Shown in pieces: positions 13,067-27,200 of a DNA stretch of 64,000 bases; the stretch's first letter is position 1, and the number at the start of each line of letters is the position of its first letter. The notes under the pieces were generated by a model, which did not search any database, had not been told where the DNA came from, and worked only from the letters and a program-made list of their open reading frames with translations. The DNA is taken from NCBI RefSeq assembly GCF_006345805.1, contig NC_042997.1, positions 142,290,001 to 142,354,000 of the forward strand, in the 5' to 3' direction. The position numbers and the translations under genes were made by a program. The DNA is from Octopus sinensis (taxonomy: Eukaryota).

Positions 13067-14069
13067 ACCTTTGCCTCTCCTGTACGTCATGTATAATACA
13101 CAAGACATATTTCCCTGGCTTCCATGCATCATATAGGATGCTCATCCCCACTCTTTTTTAACTGCCTAGTACATATGCAACAAGGGCTAACTAAAAGTCT
13201 GAAAACAAGCATGGATATTTAGGACAAACTTATGAAAATGCTTTGGACAGGCAAAGGGTTAGAGAACTGAGAGCAACTACTATGTGTAAAATTACACTTC
13301 ACATCCTTGAACTGGAATAACTGTGTTACAATGTTAGTGTTCCAGATATGACTGATATTTTCAAGGGTTTTTAAGTTTAGTTAAAAATATGAACCTGGAT
13401 ATAGTTACAACTCACTGTTTTACTCTCTGTGAAGTTCTGATGTTAAATGGTGAAGTGTAAGCTAGTCTTGTTGTTCACCATGTTTAGAAGACCAAAGGCA
13501 AATCCCAGAAATGTTGTACCTCCATACAGTTGTGCAAGTCTAAGGATGCTGACTTCAAATCTATTTTGTACCTCAATAATATAAGGCGATTATCCTGTCA
13601 TGAAGTTTTGTCATATCTACATTAACTTAAAAAAACAAATTATGGTCTTTTTCTCGAGTAAGAATGAAGAGAAATATTCTAAACTATTGTCTTATGACTA
13701 CTGTTGTGTAAATCTGGAATGCCTTGCTGTTATATTCGAGTACAAAAACAAAGTAAATATTAATATGTAAGAACCAATATAGAACATATGAACTTCAACT
13801 GAAAAAATTGCTGCTCTTTATTTGAGGATGTGTACAACAGAAATGTTTTCTCTTTCTTACAGGTGAAAAATCATTTTAATTTTGCTAAACTATAGTGTAT
13901 GAAAAATCAGTTACTAAGACTCCAGTGCATATGGTAACAGTTCTTGCCACACTTAGACACCAAGCATTATGAATGGATAAGAAATCATTTCTTAGAAACA
14001 GAAAAAGAAAGCAGTAAAATTTTAGACTTCAAGAATAAGAACTTGTGGATTGAATAACAGTTTCATTCT

Positions 14070-14395
14070 TACCTTTAATCTTTTACTTGTTTAAACTCAT
14101 TAGACTGCTGTCATGCTGGGGCACTGCTTTTAAGGGTTTAGTCAAACAAATCGACTCTGATACTTATTCTATCAGTCTCATTTATAGGACTGTTAACTTA
14201 CAAGGATGTAAACAAACTAATACTGGTTGTCAAGTGGCAGTGGGGGACAAATACAAAGACACACACACAAACATGACAGGCTTCAACACAGTTTCCATCC
14301 ACCAAATTCTCTTACAAGGTAATTGTCAGTTTTGGGCTATAGTAGAAGACAATTGTCCAAGGGGCTAAACTGGAAGCTATGTGGTTGCAAAGTAA
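14070..14395 (-). mobile_element. Family A SINE (decayed)
   Basis: Reverse complement of the consensus tail and body. Confidence 0.7.
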
Positions 14396-15638
14396 TTCTT
14401 AGATTTCCATAAAAAAAGTGAATATTTGCATTCATCAAAGTAAACGATCATTGTTTTGCTTCTGTTCTCAACATTTGGCTTCATGTGCATAAACTCTCAG
14501 CCTTTACAAATATAAAAAACAAAAACATAAAAAGGAAAATGACAACTTGTAACAAGCAATGTGGAGGACAGATGATATTAGAGTGCCTTTGTCAAACATC
14601 TGATGTCAGATTACCAAAATTTAGCAAAACATCCGGGTTACAATGTCACCAATGTTCTTTTTTTTACTGTTTTATGTTTCTTTAAATTCACCATGACTCA
14701 ACAGGCATAATGTAATAAAGAATATTTATTGTCATAAGCATCACATTATTTGCAGGCATAAAACCCCAGAAACTTTCTTTTTTATCTTTTGTCCTAGCTA
14801 CATTATTTATGGCTGCTATAGAAATGGGGGTTTCAATGTATTTGGCAGAAATAGGAAGAGTTTGATATACAAAGAGCATACTGTAGTACATTGGTTACAT
14901 AGGTGTGTCACAAAGCAATTATGGTTAAGAACTTCTGAGATATAAGATATTATCTAGATTTGACCTCAACAATATCATTCTACAGTAGCCTTCTCACTCT
15001 AAAGGGGGCAGGCTTTCTTGAAATTTATAACTTAAAACATGTGCAGAACAAATGACAAATTACCTCGATGAGGAGCCAAACAGTAGCTTTACTAGTAATA
15101 TGAATTTAAAAATTTTTTGTGTTATTATAAAAGGAATTTGCTTCCCAACTATAAATGTTATATTAATACATTTATGTAATTTTAACTTTACACTTACACA
15201 TATATGTACATTGTTTGTTATACACCTGCCACCTGCCAGTCATTTACCATATTCATTTGTATGTACTTGGTCTGGTGCTTCATGAAATTAGAGGTTTCTT
15301 AAATTATTTTTTATAAACTCCTCTTAATAAGCTCTGTTCTCATACTGGTTATATTGTTTAACTCTTTTGCACCCGATCTATCCGAGACTGCCCTAGGTCT
15401 ATGATATAATTTCCATCAAAATTTCATTTTATGTTCAAAATACCAGCTTAATAATGACAACTGGTTTTGGTTTGTCTACATTTTCCCAGAACTCAGTGGT
15501 TTGGCAAAAGAGACCAATAGAATGCTTAAAAACCACAGAACTGGAGTCAATTTGTTTGACTAATCCCTTCAAGGTGGTATCTCAGCATGACCACCATCCG
15601 TTGTCAGTAACAAGTAAAATATAAAAGAAAAGTTAAAA

Positions 15639-15803
15639 GGAGTGGCTGTGTGGTAAGTAGCTTGCTTACCAACCACATGGTTCTGGGTTCAGTCCCACTG
15701 CATGACACTTTGAACAAGTGTCTTCTACTATAGCCTCAGGCCAACCAAAGCTTTGTGAGTGGATTTGGTAGACGGAAACTGAAAGAAGCCCATCGTATAT
15801 ACG

Positions 15804-15838
<35 letters not shown>

Positions 15839-16072
15839 ATGTGTGTGTGTGTGTGTGTGTATATGTTTGTGTGTGTGTTTGTCCCCCCAACATCGCTTGA
15901 CAACTGATGCCGGTATGTTTACGTCCCCGTAACTTGACGGTTCGGCAAAAGAGAATGATAGAATAAGTACTAGGCTTAAAAAGAATAAGTCCTGGGGTTG
16001 ATTTGCTTGACTAAAGGTGGTGCTCCAGCATGGCCACTGTCAAATGACTGAAACAAGTAAAAGAGTAAAGAG
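15639..16072 (+). mobile_element. Family A SINE, full length
   Basis: Consensus head to GTAAAAGAG tail. Confidence 0.9.
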
Positions 16073-16694
16073 ATAAATTGGATTTAGAGAGGCTAAAATC
16101 CAGAATTCAAGAAAAATAGTAATTGACATTGACAATAATTAATCCATAGGAGAATAGAATAGCTTAATTAGTTCATTTGTTAAGAGGAGTGATGAAATTT
16201 ATTTTGGACCCTTGTCCTTTTCTGAGAATGAGAAATATACTGTATTTTTTGGCATACAAGTTGATTTAGTATATAGTGTAGATTCCACATAAAAAGCACC
16301 GAGTACACTCTATAAAGTGGCTGGTGTTAGGAAGGGTATCCAGCTATAGAAACCATGTCAAAACAGACATAGAGCCTGAACAGCCCTTCAGATGGTCAGC
16401 TTCTGTCAAAACGTCCAACCCATGCCAGCATGAAAAGCAGATGTTAATGATGATGATGATGATGATGATGATGATGGTGTAGTATAAACATTCAAACATC
16501 GTCACTATCTTTCCAAATCTTGCTGCATTTCACATGGAATTTTTAGTCCTCCAAGGTCATCTTGGTGTATAAGTTAATCTACCGTTTTTGGTTGTAAATT
16601 TTGGTCTGAAAAATTCAACTTTTATTTTAAAAAAATATGGTAGAAAGAACCCCACATGACAACACCACTTCCTCATCTTTTCCTCATTCTTAAG

Positions 16695-16716
16695 ATGAAG
16701 AGCAATGGCCCGGAAT
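16695..16716 (+). CDS. Candidate 22-nt microexon
   Basis: Acceptor CTTCCTCATCTTTTCCTCATTCTTAAG, exon ATGAAGAGCAATGGCCCGGAAT, donor GTAAGT. Reads MKSNGPE or (D)EEQWPG. Confidence 0.25.
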
Positions 16717-17359
16717 GTAAGTTTTTTTTTTTCATTCTTCAATGCAGTTGAATTTAATGAACTATTCTACTCTTCTATTCAGTATCTGTATTATTGGCAT
16801 ATTCTAATCTTCAGTTATATCTTCTTTTATATGCAGAACTATTTTTGCTTTCATTGTTGTACAATAAAAAAAAAAACATTAAGTCGCTATTGGTTGTGTA
16901 AGTCTATAAAAAGCGTTGCACTGATTTATGGTTTTCTCTTTCTATTTTTAACATGGATCACCCAAATTTCATTTGTTTTCATAATCTTAATCATTAATTT
17001 GAATTAATCAATCATATCATGTTGACACCAGGTCTTGCTGTTATCTCCCAGCGCCATACATTATAGACGTCCTTTCATCCCAAACAGTCTTGAATTCTTA
17101 TACATCACACATCAGTCTCCACATTAAATGTACTGACTCACTTATCATACAACACAACCTTTAAAATGATGGTAAATGCCATCTTCATTCAGTATAAATA
17201 ATGTGATGTCACTGTAACTTTAACAGCTTATAAATTAATTTATTAATTGAATGGTAAAGGACGGGTTCTGCTAGCTGATCTTAGTTGAATAGATGTATGA
17301 TCAAAGGCACTCCAACCATGATCATCCAAACTTTTTCAGATGTATATACTAGAGATATC

Positions 17360-18085
17360 TGAAAAAGTTTTATCTCCTACTTGTTTCAGTCATTGGACTG
17401 TAGCCATACTGGGGCAACTACTGGGGTTTACTTGAAGAAATTGGCCCTAGTATTTACTTTAAGTCTGGTACTTATTCTATCAATCTATTTTGATGAAATG
17501 TTAAGTCATAGAGTGTAAATAAACCAACTTTGGTTGTTAAGCAATGGTGGTGGAACAAATACAAAGACACACACACATACATATATACATACATATATAC
17601 ATGCATTAGGGCATGTGGCCTAGTGGTTAGGGTGTTGTACTCACAATCGGGAGATCGTGGTTTCAATTACTAGACTGGGTGGTGCATTGTGTTTTTGAGC
17701 AAAACTTTTCATCTCGCATTGCTCTGCAATCATATTGACACCTGACACATGGTACATCATGCACCTATTCAGACAACATCAGTTTGATGGAGGGAGTGAG
17801 CTAATGTGCAGCATGAACATTTGATCACTATAGACAAATTATTTGTGCAGGTCATTCAGAAAATGAATGCTCATATGTCATCTTCGACGAGAGAGGCCAT
17901 CATATATATATACATATATACACACACACAGAATGGGCTTCCACAAAATTTCCATCTTTCAAATTCACTTACTAGGTATTGGCCTGGGGCTATGGTAGGA
18001 GACACATGCTCAAGGTGCTATGCAGTGGGACTGAACCCTAAACCATATGGTTGCAAAGCAAACTTCTCAACCATGCAGCCATGCC
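17360..18085 (-). mobile_element. Family A SINE (decayed) interrupted by a family C SINE
   Basis: Tail half about 17360-17600 and head half about 17930-18085. The C element sits in the central microsatellite. Confidence 0.65.
17609..17900 (+). mobile_element. Family C SINE, alternative tail
   Basis: Same head as 50547-50803, different 3' half. Confidence 0.75.
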
Positions 18086-18728
18086 CTTTTTTTTTTTTTA
18101 AAGATATAACTTGCAGGAAATTTGACTGCTATTTCTAACAGATTGAGTAACCATATAGAGGCTCCCTCTTTGGCTTGGTAACAGTACTTTTCTTACAGTG
18201 TCCTTTCTGAAGTCACTTTATAGTTTCTTTCTGCTTCCAGTTCTGTCCTCTAAATGCTTATCAAATACTGAAGCCATTGAATTAACACAAAAGTATTCGA
18301 TAATAGGAAAGTTATCCAGCTATAAAACCATTCTTCCATAATATATGCTCTAATACACAAAGTGTTATTATTGTGGGGATTTAAATTCTTCTTGGGAATT
18401 TGGGCTGGTGCCAAATGTAACCACAGAAAAGTAGATTACTAAAATGGTAAAGAAAAACCTTAACAAAGGAAAATTCCATAATGGTAATGTTAATGATAAT
18501 TAATGATGATAATATTTTTCTAATATTGGTATGAAATCTTAAACTTAAGGAACACTATTGTGATATTGGTATTTTGCAATAAATGGATAGAATATATTAT
18601 AAAGACGATATTAATGTCTAATTGTAAAGACCAAACTTTAGTAACGATCTGGGCTTTCAGAATCATTATAATCTTATGAAAAATTTGTGTATTGTTGGAT
18701 ATTTTTGTGCATGCATGGTTGTGTGGCT

Positions 18729-19068
18729 GAAGGCACATGTATTAGTGGTTAGGGTATCTGGCTTATGATCGTAAGGTCATGAGTTTGATTCCTAGCAGCA
18801 TGTCGTGGTCCTTGAGCAAGACACTTTATTTTTCATTGCTCCTGTTTTTCCATCTGACAGAAATGAGTTGTATCTGTAATTCAAAGGGCCAATCTTGTCA
18901 CATCCTGTGTTACACTGTATCACTCCAAGAATTATGTTATGGGTACATGTGTCTATGGGGTACTCAACCACTTGCACGTTAACTTCACAAGCAGGGCTGT
19001 TCCGTTGATCAGATCTACTGGAATCCTCCATGTTGTAACTGACAGAGTGTAAGTTTTGGCTGTGTGGT
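18729..19068 (+). mobile_element. Family C-like SINE, third tail type
   Basis: Head TAGTGGTTAGGGT...GAGTTTGATTCC, CCTTGAGCAAGACACTT body, distinct tail. Confidence 0.7.
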
Positions 19069-21081
19069 TAAGAAGTTTACTTTGCACCCACACAATTTCT
19101 GGTTTAGTACCACTATGCAGCACCATGGGCAAATGCTAATCAAAGCCTTGTGACTGGATTTGATAGATGGTAACTGAAAAAAAGCCTGTTGAATATATAT
19201 GTATGTACATGTATTTGTGGGTAAGTTTGTGCCTTGTCTTGATATTGTGTGTTAATTGTAAACAAATGTCACTGTTATACAAGTGTTGTTCTTCATTTGC
19301 AGTCTTCCATGAAAACATGTCTGGCTATAGTGTTGATTGTGTTTGAAGAACTAGAGGAAATATTCTTTTCTACTCTAGGCACATGTCCCGAAATTTTGGG
19401 GTAGTGGGCCAATTAGATTGACCCCAGTATGCAACTGGTACTTAATTTATCGACCCTGAAAGGATGAAAGGCAAAGTTGACCTTAGTGGAATTTGAACTC
19501 AGAATGTAAAGACAGACAAAATACTGCTAAGCATTTCACCTGGCATGCTAATGATTCTGCCAGCTCACCGCCTTAAACTTGAGAAATATTACTTTATTTG
19601 AAAACAGGTGAAAGTTGGCAACAGGAAGAGGATATCAGTAGATTTCATTTAACCCATGGAAGCATGGAAAAGTATGAACATTGCAATGATGATCATGATG
19701 ATGATGTTATTTATTATCACAATGATTAAGTCTTTGGATGCCACATTGTTTTTAATAATGTGTAACCTATTCTGGCTTTCATTTGAAAAACACACAAAAA
19801 TGATAACAATAAAAACTAATCATTTTAATTTGAATGTTGAAGATGTAATAAGCAAAATAGTTATTTGTTACTTTCCATAATTTTTCCATTAATTAAATAT
19901 ACATGTCTGGATTTCACTTGTCGGTTTTCTAGTTATTCACTAAAACTTAAACAGCTTTGTAATTATTAGTGATCATAGAATTTTGCTGAATGGAGATTCT
20001 AATAGCGAACCAGCTGTTTGGTATTATTTGACAATGTTGTCTTATAACTATCAAGTAAAAAAGAATTGCTCAGATGTTTTTATTTTGGAGCGGTAGTCCA
20101 CATACAAACCTTGGAATTTTTTTTATCTAATGGAGTTTCTACTCTTGTAAACAAATTTGTAATTCCATTGTTCACACATAAAATTAGTTCCATCAAACTT
20201 GAATTGAGGTATTTTTAACAATATGTAAGTGACCTGTGCATAAAATAATAGCTTTCCCCTTTATATTTCTGCTTATTGCAGCATTTAGTGAACATTCTTC
20301 TATCTCTATAGTGCATGAGAAAGTTATTAATACTGCAGATTCTAACAATGTTCAAGATAATAGTTAGACCAATAATAGCAACAACAGTTCACTGGATATC
20401 TATGAATACTGCTTAGCAAAAGCAATTCAAAAGAAACATAATGATGTTAGTAATCTATATTTTAATAGGACAACCCTTTGATACCAACTTGCATGTTACC
20501 ATCTCTAGCTCTCTTATATACAAAATTGCATTTTAAAGTGTACATAGATAAATTGAAATCTGCCACTATGATTGTGTTTGAGAAATATTTATTTATGTTC
20601 TATGCATCATCTTAACGAAAAGTTTATTTTAATAAATCCTTTCCAATTCCTGATTATTTATAAAATTCATTTGAATATATTATCATTGATTTTATGCCCA
20701 CATTTTCATGTTTACATGGGTCAAATGGAATTTGGTAAGCCAAATTTTCTATTGCCAGATGCCCTTCCTGTCACCAGCCCTCACCTGTCTCCAGGTAAAG
20801 TAATATTTTCCCATGACTAGATATATTTTTGCAGAAGATTGGAAACATAGGACATCACCTACATAGTGACATTCATTTACAGTTACAAAATCAAGACAAG
20901 GAGACAGTGACACACACACTTACACATACCCATACATACACACATGTTGATCCAATGCATTCATTTGTCTTTATCTCATGTGGCTGACAAGATCAATGTG
21001 AGATAGACAGATCCTGTGGCACTGAAGACACTGAAAGTGACCCCAAACAACAGCTGGAAGAGTTTGACGACAGCATACTCT

Positions 21082-21490
21082 CTCTTTTACTCTTTTACTT
21101 GTTTCAGTCATTTGACTGCGGCCATGCTGGAGCACCGCCTTTAGTCGAGCAAATCGACCCCAGGACTTATTCTTTGTAAGCCCAGTACTTATTCTATCAG
21201 TCTCTTTTTGCCGAACTGCTAAGTGACGGCGATGTAAACACACCAGCATCGGTTTTCAAACAATGCTAGGGGGACAAACACAGACACACAAACATACACA
21301 CATATATATATATATATACATATATACAACGGGCTTCTTTCAGTTTCTGTCTACCAAATCCACTCACAAGGCTTTGGTCGGCCCGAGGCTATAGTAGAAG
21401 ACACTTGCCCAAGATGCCACGCAGTGGGACTGAACCCAGAATCATGTGGTTGGTTAGCAAGCTACTTACCACACAGCCACTCCTGCGCCT
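21082..21490 (-). mobile_element. Family A SINE, full length
   Basis: Reverse complement of the consensus. Confidence 0.9.
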
Positions 21491-22794
21491 ATATTCATGT
21501 AGTTTTCTGCATGCAATTTCTAAGTGCTCCACTCCAACATCACACATGGACCTCTTTTTGATTAATAGCACAGCCAGTAGCTCCAACTGATTGGGTGGGA
21601 AACCACATAAAATGAGAGACCACACACACTCTTTGAGTGGTTGGTGTTGGGAAGGGCATCCAGCCGTACAAACCAAGCCAAATCAGACTGGAATCTGGTG
21701 CAGCTCTCTGACTTACCAGTTCAAGTCAAACCATCTAACCCATGCCTATATGGAAAGTGGACATTAAATCACGATGATGATGATGATGATATATATGAGA
21801 GGTTTTGGGTATCCTGAAGACCCAAAAGGCAAGTAAGGCTATGTGAGTGCTATGGAAGGACCACTGTTAGACTCCTGGTTCTATAATAGTATGAGTGAGG
21901 AGTCTGATGCAGGTCATCTGTGAACATGTATATGTCAAATAAAATGAGCATATTTCCCTTTATACTTCCTGTATCTCTCCCTTTCCAAAATAACTTCTTA
22001 TATAATGAACTCCATTTCCTTCTATTGAAACTTTCTCATATCATCTCTGATGATGTGATAATCTTTTATATCCCTGAAATAACTGTAAGATTACTTTTCT
22101 CTTTCTAAATGTCCTAGAAATATCACACTGCCTTGGCCTTGTTATCTCATTTTATATAACACACACACACACGCACACATGTATGTATAAAACAGGCTCC
22201 TTTCAGTTTCTGTCTCCCAAAGGTACTCACAAAGCTCTGGTTAACCAGAGCTATAGTTGAAGACACTTACCCAATGTTCCACACAGTAGTGTTAAACACT
22301 ATACCATGTGACTGGGAAACCTCAACACACAGCCATGTCTGCATTTATACAAAATTTTCTGTTTTTAAAGTTTTCATGTTTAAATCAGAGCCTGATTAAA
22401 TGTAAGGAATATTTAAGCATCATCTTATTGAAGCATTTTTTACTAAACCCTACCAAATTCTCAATTATATATGAAATTCATTGAAATATATGTACTATAT
22501 ATTTCATCATCATCATCATCATCATCATTTAACATCAGTTTTCCATGCTATCATGGGTTAAGTGGTTTGACTGGAAATGGTAAGCCAGAGAGCTGCACCA
22601 GGCTCTGGTCTGTTTTGGCTTGGTTTCTACAGCTGGATGCCCTTCCTAATGCCAACCACTCCAAAGGGTGTACTGGGTGCCTTTTATGTGTCACTGGCAC
22701 TGGTCATGCTAAGATATTTTGAAGTGGCATGAATGTTCATCATATCAAAATACTGTTCGTTTCGATATTATTACCATTAATACTGTGATGTAAG

Positions 22795-23358
22795 CTGGGC
22801 TGTGGCGTTGAAACAAAAAACTTTGACTCTGACTCCAACTCCTCTACTATTGGCACCTCTGACTCTGACTCCTCTTTATGCAATTAAGTCATTTGGTCTA
22901 CATACCTCATAGAGCATATACTCTTTTACTTGTTTCAGTTATTTGACTGTGGCCATGCTGGAGCACCGCCTTTAGTCGAGCAAATCGACCCCTGGATTTA
23001 TTCTTTGTAAGCCTAGTATTTATTCTATTGGTCTCTTTTGCCGAACCGCTAAGTTACGGGGACGTAAGCACACCAGCATCGGTTGTTAAGCGATGTTGCG
23101 GGGACAAACACAGACACACAAACACATACACACACATACATACTCATACATATGCACTCACACTATTATTGAACCAGGAGTCTAACAGTGGTCCTTCTGT
23201 AGCACTCACATAGCCTTACCTGCCTTTTGGGTCTTCAGGATACCCAAAACCTCTCATATATATATATCATCATCATCGTGATTTGCTCGACTAAAGGCGG
23301 TGCTCCAGCATGGCCACAGTCAGATAACTGAAACAAGTAAAAGAGTATATGCTCTATG

Positions 23359-23405
<47 letters not shown>

Positions 23406-23732
23406 TACAACGAGCTTCTTTCAGTTTCCGTCTACCAAATCCACTCACAAGGCTTTGGTCTGCCCAAAGCTATAGTAGAAGACACTTGCCCAAGGTGCTA
23501 CGCAGTGGGACTGAACCTGGAACCATGTGGTTGGTAAGCAAGCTACTTACTACACAGCCACTCCTACACCTATGCATACACTTGTACTTTGAGTAGGCCT
23601 ATATGTTATAACTGGTTTATATTAAAGAATAAAGATATTGTGAGTTGGAGTCAGAGTCGATATAGTTTTACCGACTCCGACTCCAGCTACCACCTAATCT
23701 TTTTCAACTCCGACTCCAACTCCACAGCCCTG
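22795..23732. mobile_element. hAT-type MITE, interrupted by a family A SINE and a templated insertion
   Basis: TIRs CTGGGCTGTGGCGTTG and CAACTCCACAGCCCTG. Exact 8-bp TSD GATGTAAG at 22787-22794 and 23733-23740. Subterminal GACTCY repeats at both ends. Confidence 0.85.
22920..23571 (-). mobile_element. Family A SINE inside the hAT MITE, carrying a templated insertion
   Basis: Tail half about 22920-23150 and head half about 23365-23571. Confidence 0.85.
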
Positions 23733-24366
23733 GATGTAAGTGTATAGTCATATGCTGTATAAGAGATGGCTTGTCAGATCTTGGCATAATTGTGAATGTT
23801 TTGTTGTTCACTCCCATTGATATATTAAAGACAGTTTTCTTACAGTATTGTTTAGCCCCAAATCAACTCTAGATAAGTTGACTTGGATTAAAGACAATCC
23901 AGCTGTGATCAGCCCAGTTCAGGATTATGACTCCGTTGACCAACATATCCTTCCTTTATCTTAAGGCTGTAGGATGTGATTTGATTGTTATTTCTGGTAA
24001 ATCAAGTAACTACATAGAGATTCGCTCATTGGTTCATGTATTTTGTACTACAGTCACAACTCCTTCAGTTCACACAAATTACTAAGAAGCTTAAACACAC
24101 TGACACATGTACACACACATACAAAATGTGATAAATCAACAGGAGGTTTATAGTTTGTAACATTTAAAGATTAAGATAGGATTTATTGAAAAATTAAATT
24201 TCCTGAAGTTGGATTACTTCAAGTTTATAAAATAAGTATGTGTGATGTTTCAGGTGACTTTTCATGGAATACATACTTATTTTACAAATTCTATTAGGTG
24301 TATTTTGCAGACACAAACCATTCTCTCAAATTTCTTCAGATTTTAAAAACTTTTTCTTGTATATTC

Positions 24367-24640
24367 TTTTATTCTTTTACTTGTTTCAGTCATTTGACTG
24401 TGGCTATGCGGGAGCACCACTTTGAAGGGTTAATTTCTTAAGCCTGGAACTTATTCTATTGGTCTCTTTTGCTGAACTGCTAAGTTATGGGGGAATAAAC
24501 ACATCAACACCAGTTGTCAAGCAGTGATGGGGTGATAAACAAAGACACACACACACATGTACATGATGGGTTTCTTTCAGTTTCTGTCTACCAAATCCAT
24601 TCACAAGGTTATAGTAGAAGACACTTGCCCAAGGTGCCAT
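24367..24640 (-). mobile_element. Family A SINE (partial)
   Basis: Consensus match, head truncated. Confidence 0.75.
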
Positions 24641-25145
24641 GTAATTAGTTTTCATATTTTAGCTTCCCGTTTTATTGCATGTTTATTTGTGTTAAATAAT
24701 GCTATCAAAAAGATCCTTCAATACTATACACCCCACTCGGTTGAGGATTCTTGTCTTGATGCCCTCATATTTGTAATGGCACCATGAGAAAAACACCCAA
24801 CACCCTCAGTGTTGTGATTGGCTCTAGCTTGTCAGCTCCTGTTTAAAGACCCAATCCATGCCGGTATGGAAAACAGACATTAAATGATGATGATGATGAT
24901 GATGGTTAACTATGAAATAAATGCATCAAGTGCCTCTGGAAATTATCAACAGTTTGTGTTTAAGTATTTCTGTAACTAAATGGATTATTATGAAAATTAA
25001 GTTCATTGTCCTTATTAGACAAGCTTCAAATTTTCAGATCTTATTTTTAATACCATCTTCATGATCTTACCACAAAGGTCTAGGACATTTCCATGAAGGA
25101 ATATAGCATGAACTCACCTTTTCTTTTTATGTCTTTTTTCTCTCT

Positions 25146-25470
25146 CTAATTTGGCTGTTCTGGAAGAAGGAGTTGTGCCCATTGCCGTTGCAGGCCTTCC
25201 AAGATCAGCAAAATTGATGTGGTTACTATTTCCCTTGAACTGTTGCATGAAATATGTGCAGGGAAAGAATTCCAGAAAGCTGATATTCTAAGAATTAAGG
25301 ACAATTTATAATAGTGAGTGTAAAGCTTGTTGAGTAGAAGATGGACACAGTATGGATGACAAGAGGGAAGATAACCGCATGAGTGAAGGCTCTGAAGAGC
25401 AAAGACCACTATAGTCATAGAAAAGGTTGAGAGAAATCCATATGTGTACCAGTAGTTGGAGTGTGTTAGT
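25146..25470 (-). mobile_element. Decayed CR1/L2-type LINE ORF2 C-terminus
   Basis: Frames give SLNLFYDYSGLCSSE, SCHPYCVHL, ISAFWNSFPAHI and QQFKGNSNHIN, matching the LFYRYYNG.CSSEL...SHP...LWNSLP...LQ.FK..VN pattern. Frameshifted. Confidence 0.6.
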
Positions 25471-26482
25471 GAACTGTTTGCAAAGTGAAATTCTTAACCA
25501 CACAGCTATATCTGTATTGTCACTATGTTTGCCAAATGGCCATAATTTTTTTCCATTACTACATGCCTGATTCTAATATTTATTAATTAAAATCTTGATG
25601 TAGCCAACCTCTTTCAATATTTAAAGATTTCAAGTTGTCACTTCTGCCTGTCTTGGGTAGATTCATTGTTTACCTATTCTTTGTGCAAGTAGGGTCCTCA
25701 TTAATTAAAGTTTTCCCTCTCACCACATTAACTGTGTTAGTTCTTATTTTACTAGTTTTTGTTTATTTTGTTGGACATTTTATTGATTAAATTGCTTTTT
25801 TCAAAAATATTTTGCAAAACAAACTGAAACTCCTTTGACATAATCTTGAGTCCTGATATTGATTGCAAATTTCTCAAAGTTCCTATCAACGTAAGTTTTC
25901 TTACTATTAATAAAATCATTGAAAGTTATTGTATTTTAAGGTGGCTATTCAAAAATTTATTAAGATTTTGTTTTTACAAAGCTAGAAATAAAATTCCCTG
26001 TCTTTAAAATTGTGCAAGTATCAAGTTTTTTTTTCTCTTTTGGCTGATGACTCTTCTTGGTATCACAGACCCACCAGCTAGTGCTGCCTCAAGGGGTAGC
26101 CAAACTGCACTGTTGCCCAAGGGCCTCATGGGTTTAGGGGCTCAATTATGATCTATGAATGTTGTGGTTTGCTGTCAATAGATAAATACAATACAGCCCA
26201 ATGTATGCAATATTGTTAAGATGGTCTGCCAAGGTCAACCTTGCCTTTCATCCATTTGGTGTTGATAAATTAAGTATGAGTTGCGTACTGGGGTCGATCT
26301 AATCGACTGGCCACCTCCCCCCAAATTTTGGGCCTTGTACCTAGAGTAGAAAAGAATTTTAAGATGGTCCAACCAACAGCCCTCAGTTTTGAGCACTCAC
26401 AAGCAAGAAACAGCTAAGAGTACACAGAGTTGCCTTTCTCAGAGCATCTGACCAGAGTGGCCTGGTCTAGGTGATACTGAGG

Positions 26483-26539
<57 letters not shown>

Positions 26540-26787
26540 TGTGTGTAAGGAAATTTAGAAAATTTCAAACTTTATAGTTAATTTGAAATTTGATAATGTA
26601 TGCATATGAAATCAACTGATCAGTAATTTTAAATTGATTAAGAAGGAATACAATATCATGTAATTAATTGTAAAGAAATCACATGGTTTTTATATTGAAC
26701 AGAACAAAAATAATTACATGCATAGAGGGGGGAAAAAAAGGATGATGACAATCTTGATGATGCTGTGGAGAATAATTGCAATTTGGT

Positions 26788-27200
26788 CTCTTTGTTTACT
26801 CTTTTACTTGTTTCAGTAATTTGACTGTGGCCATGCTGGAGCACCACCCTTAGTCGAGCAAATCGACCCCGAGGACTTATTCTTTCTAAGCCTAGTACTT
26901 ATTCTATCAGTCTCTTTTGCCGAACCTCTAATTTACGGGGAATGTAAACACACCACCATCAGTTGTCAAGCGATGGTGGGGGGACAAACACAGACATACA
27001 AACATATATACACACACACATATATATACATATACATGATGGGCTTCTTTCAGTTTCTGTCTACCAAATCCACTCACAAGGCTTTGGTTGGCCCAAGGTT
27101 ATAATAGAAGACTCTTGCCCAAGGTGCCACACAGTGGGAATGAACCCAGAACCATGTGGTTGGTAAGCAAGCTACTTACCACTCAGCCACTTCTGTGCCT
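26788..27200 (-). mobile_element. Family A SINE, full length
   Basis: Reverse complement of the consensus. Confidence 0.9.
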
